From positions 24,100 through 88,099 of the forward strand of contig JAVBMG010000003.1 in the NCBI GenBank assembly GCA_031552815.1: 64,000 nt of DNA, read 5' to 3'. Positions 61,971 through 64,000 of this stretch are shown in pieces. Both the position numbers and the translations under genes were made by a program. The DNA comes from Opitutales bacterium (lineage in GTDB: Bacteria; Verrucomicrobiota; Verrucomicrobiia; Opitutales; JAVBMG01). Positions within the stretch are counted from its first letter, which is position 1, and each line of letters starts with the position of its first letter. The notes beneath the pieces are model-generated. The model was not told where the DNA came from. It saw only the letters and a list, made by a program, of their open reading frames with translations, and did not search any database.

Positions 61971-62469
61971 GAATAGCAAAAAAGCTTACGCGCATTTATG
62001 CGGAAGCAGCAACACAATTATGTACAGACGGGGGGTCTGTTGAAGCAGACAGAGGCCATTGAGAACAGTAAAACAAAATCCTCGTTTGCGTTTTACTTGA
62101 ACCCTCTTTCTCTTAGCGTCTATGAGTGAAGTTTTTATGGGGTGAATCTAACGTTTGATGCTACCAAACAAATGATAAGAAACGAATTAGGCCTTGATAT
62201 AAATATTTTCAAATTTTTTTATATGATAAATTTATCTTATCCATCTTAGCTGTTGTTTTGTCATACGACTATTTCGATGTCAGACATTGCGACGTTTTCT
62301 TGTTTGTTCTTAAAAATTTCCGGATTAACACGCTTCCTGTATTTATTTTAATCATAAAATTAATTTTCTGTATAATAAAATTAGTTTAAAATGAAATTGT
62401 GTTAGATCGTAAATTTATTACATCTCTCAATTGTAAGAAAGTTTGAGAAATCTAAACTAACTAAAACCA

Positions 62470-63879
62470 ATGAAATCAAATCTTAAAACCATTATTGTCA
62501 TGCTGGTCATGTTCGTGGCGACTGCTTGGAGCACAGGAGCTTGGGCTCAGACCAGCACGCAAAAACTGACGTCTGACCAGGCAAAAGAAGAACAGGCTTA
62601 TGCGACAGCCATCCAGGCCTGCCTGTGGGGTGAGCCGTTCCGTATGTATGCGAAGTATGCTCCCGTGGCGGTCAAAAGCAATTCGATGGGCGTAAATTTC
62701 TACGTAAAGCACACAAAGCTTAAAACCGCTGAAGACCGTTTTGTAGTAACGCCTAACAATGTTACCATCGATGCGTATACCTACACCGATTTAACCAAGG
62801 AACCAGTGGTGATTTTTGTCCCTGCATCGAGCGAAAAGCGCTGGTATGTGGTACAAATTGGCGATAGTTATGACGAAGTAATTTATAATGTAGGCGGCGT
62901 AAAAGGGCCTCAACCGGGAACCTATATTGTCACAGGGCCGGACTATCAGGGTCCAGTTCCGGGTGACATGATGCAAATTAAAAGCCGCACCAATTTGGGA
63001 ATGTCGGCCGTGCGTATTTTCACTACCGGGGGTGACGATTTGGCTAAAGCGGCCGAATTCCAAAACGGCTTTATGCTGATGCCCCTGTCGCAATATCTCA
63101 ACGAAGGTATCGGTTCGGAAAAACCGCTCGTAACATCGGCATTCGAGACCTTCAAGAGCACGGCGCCCGAAGAACTTCAAGCGCTTGACATGATCGGTTT
63201 CTGGATGTCGCAGGCACTTCCTGCCTCGGCCGACCAAAACGATCCCTTGGTGGCCTCTTTCCATGTCATTGGCCTGAGTGCGGCACACGGCTTCCAATGG
63301 CAGACGTTCGACGAGCCGACCCGTCGCGGCGTGGTACGTGGTATCAAAGCAGCCAGCGATATTATCGACTATAAATGGACAAACATCGGAACAACCGTAA
63401 ACGGATGGACATATACTTTCGCCGGCGGTCGTTCCGGCCATGACCTGGCGTTGCGCGCCGCGCTGGCACGAGGCGTTACTGGCGCCGAACTGTCTACCGA
63501 AGTGCTTTATCCGAACACCACGGTCGATGCCGACGGTAATACATTTGATGGTACAAACAAATACGTACTTCATTTGGACAAAGATCAAATTCCGCCCGTT
63601 ACCGTGTTCTGGAATCTGAACCTGTTCGGCGACGATATGTTCTTTGTGGAAAACGATATGAAACGCTACAGTCTCGGAAACACTACTCCGGAACTTAAAT
63701 ACAACAAAGACGGTTCGGTGGACATCTACATCCAGAACGAGAATCCGGGCAAAGACAAGCAATCCAACTGGTTGCCTGCGCCCAAAGGCAGCTTCAACCT
63801 GACGATGCGCCTCTACGGCGCCGAAGCCCCTATACTGAACGGAACGTACCGGTTGCCGGGAGTGCAAAAAGTTAAATGA
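62470..63879 (+). CDS. Secreted DUF1254/DUF1214-family protein
   Basis: VVTPNN, DLTKEPV, TGPDYQG, NGW, PPVTVFW, DGSVDIYIQ..NWLPAP..FNLTMRLY. Confidence 0.85.
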   Translation: MKSNLKTIIVMLVMFVATAWSTGAWAQTSTQKLTSDQAKEEQAYATAIQACLWGEPFRMYAKYAPVAVKSNSMGVNFYVKHTKLKTAEDRFVVTPNNVTIDAYTYTDLTKEPVVIFVPASSEKRWYVVQIGDSYDEVIYNVGGVKGPQPGTYIVTGPDYQGPVPGDMMQIKSRTNLGMSAVRIFTTGGDDLAKAAEFQNGFMLMPLSQYLNEGIGSEKPLVTSAFETFKSTAPEELQALDMIGFWMSQALPASADQNDPLVASFHVIGLSAAHGFQWQTFDEPTRRGVVRGIKAASDIIDYKWTNIGTTVNGWTYTFAGGRSGHDLALRAALARGVTGAELSTEVLYPNTTVDADGNTFDGTNKYVLHLDKDQIPPVTVFWNLNLFGDDMFFVENDMKRYSLGNTTPELKYNKDGSVDIYIQNENPGKDKQSNWLPAPKGSFNLTMRLYGAEAPILNGTYRLPGVQKVK

Positions 63880-63901
63880 ACTGTAAAATAAGATGAAGAC
63901 A

Positions 63902-64000
63902 ATGAAATTAAAATTCAGAACCATTGCTGCTATATTGTGTATGGCTGTAATGGGTTTTACTTCCATCACCGGCCTTAAAGCACAAGACAAGATCGTTGAC
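63902..64000 (+). CDS. Start of a secreted protein, truncated by the window end
   Basis: MKLKFRTIAAILCMAVMGFTSITGLKAQDKIVD, signal-peptide-like; in-frame upstream ATG at 63893. Confidence 0.7.
   Translation, partial: MKLKFRTIAAILCMAVMGFTSITGLKAQDKIVD

Noticed and set aside
62791-63990. 399-aa minus-strand ORF
   Set aside because: Antisense to the DUF1254/DUF1214 gene and the next secreted gene.

Overview
A 64-kb stretch of bacterial chromosome, probably from Verrucomicrobiota (Opitutales-like). That assignment is inferred from a PEP-CTERM surface protein, Gfo/Idh/MocA plus DUF1080 genes and zinc-free L31/L36. It holds housekeeping genes (smc, ruvB, ruvC, pyrH, frr, rimO, leuB, ilvA, pckG, speA, mscL, tRNA-Ile2), a small glycan-degradation cluster, a triplicated GntR/FadR regulator with decayed duplication remnants, and a secreted papain-fold trio. 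I saw no transposase, integrase or CRISPR array. The strongest unexplained signal is a non-palindromic 9-10-mer, ATGCTACCG(Y) / (R)CGGTAGCAT. By eye I count 37 exact copies (22 as CGGTAGCAT, 15 as ATGCTACCG) against about 0.5 expected at uniform base composition, plus many 1-2-mismatch variants. It sits inside genes in several reading frames and, as inverted pairs, forms the stems of many intrinsic terminators. This is the architecture of the Neisseria DUS and Pasteurellaceae USS DNA-uptake sequences, but with a different sequence and apparently in a different phylum. All calls come from reading the sequence; no searches were run.
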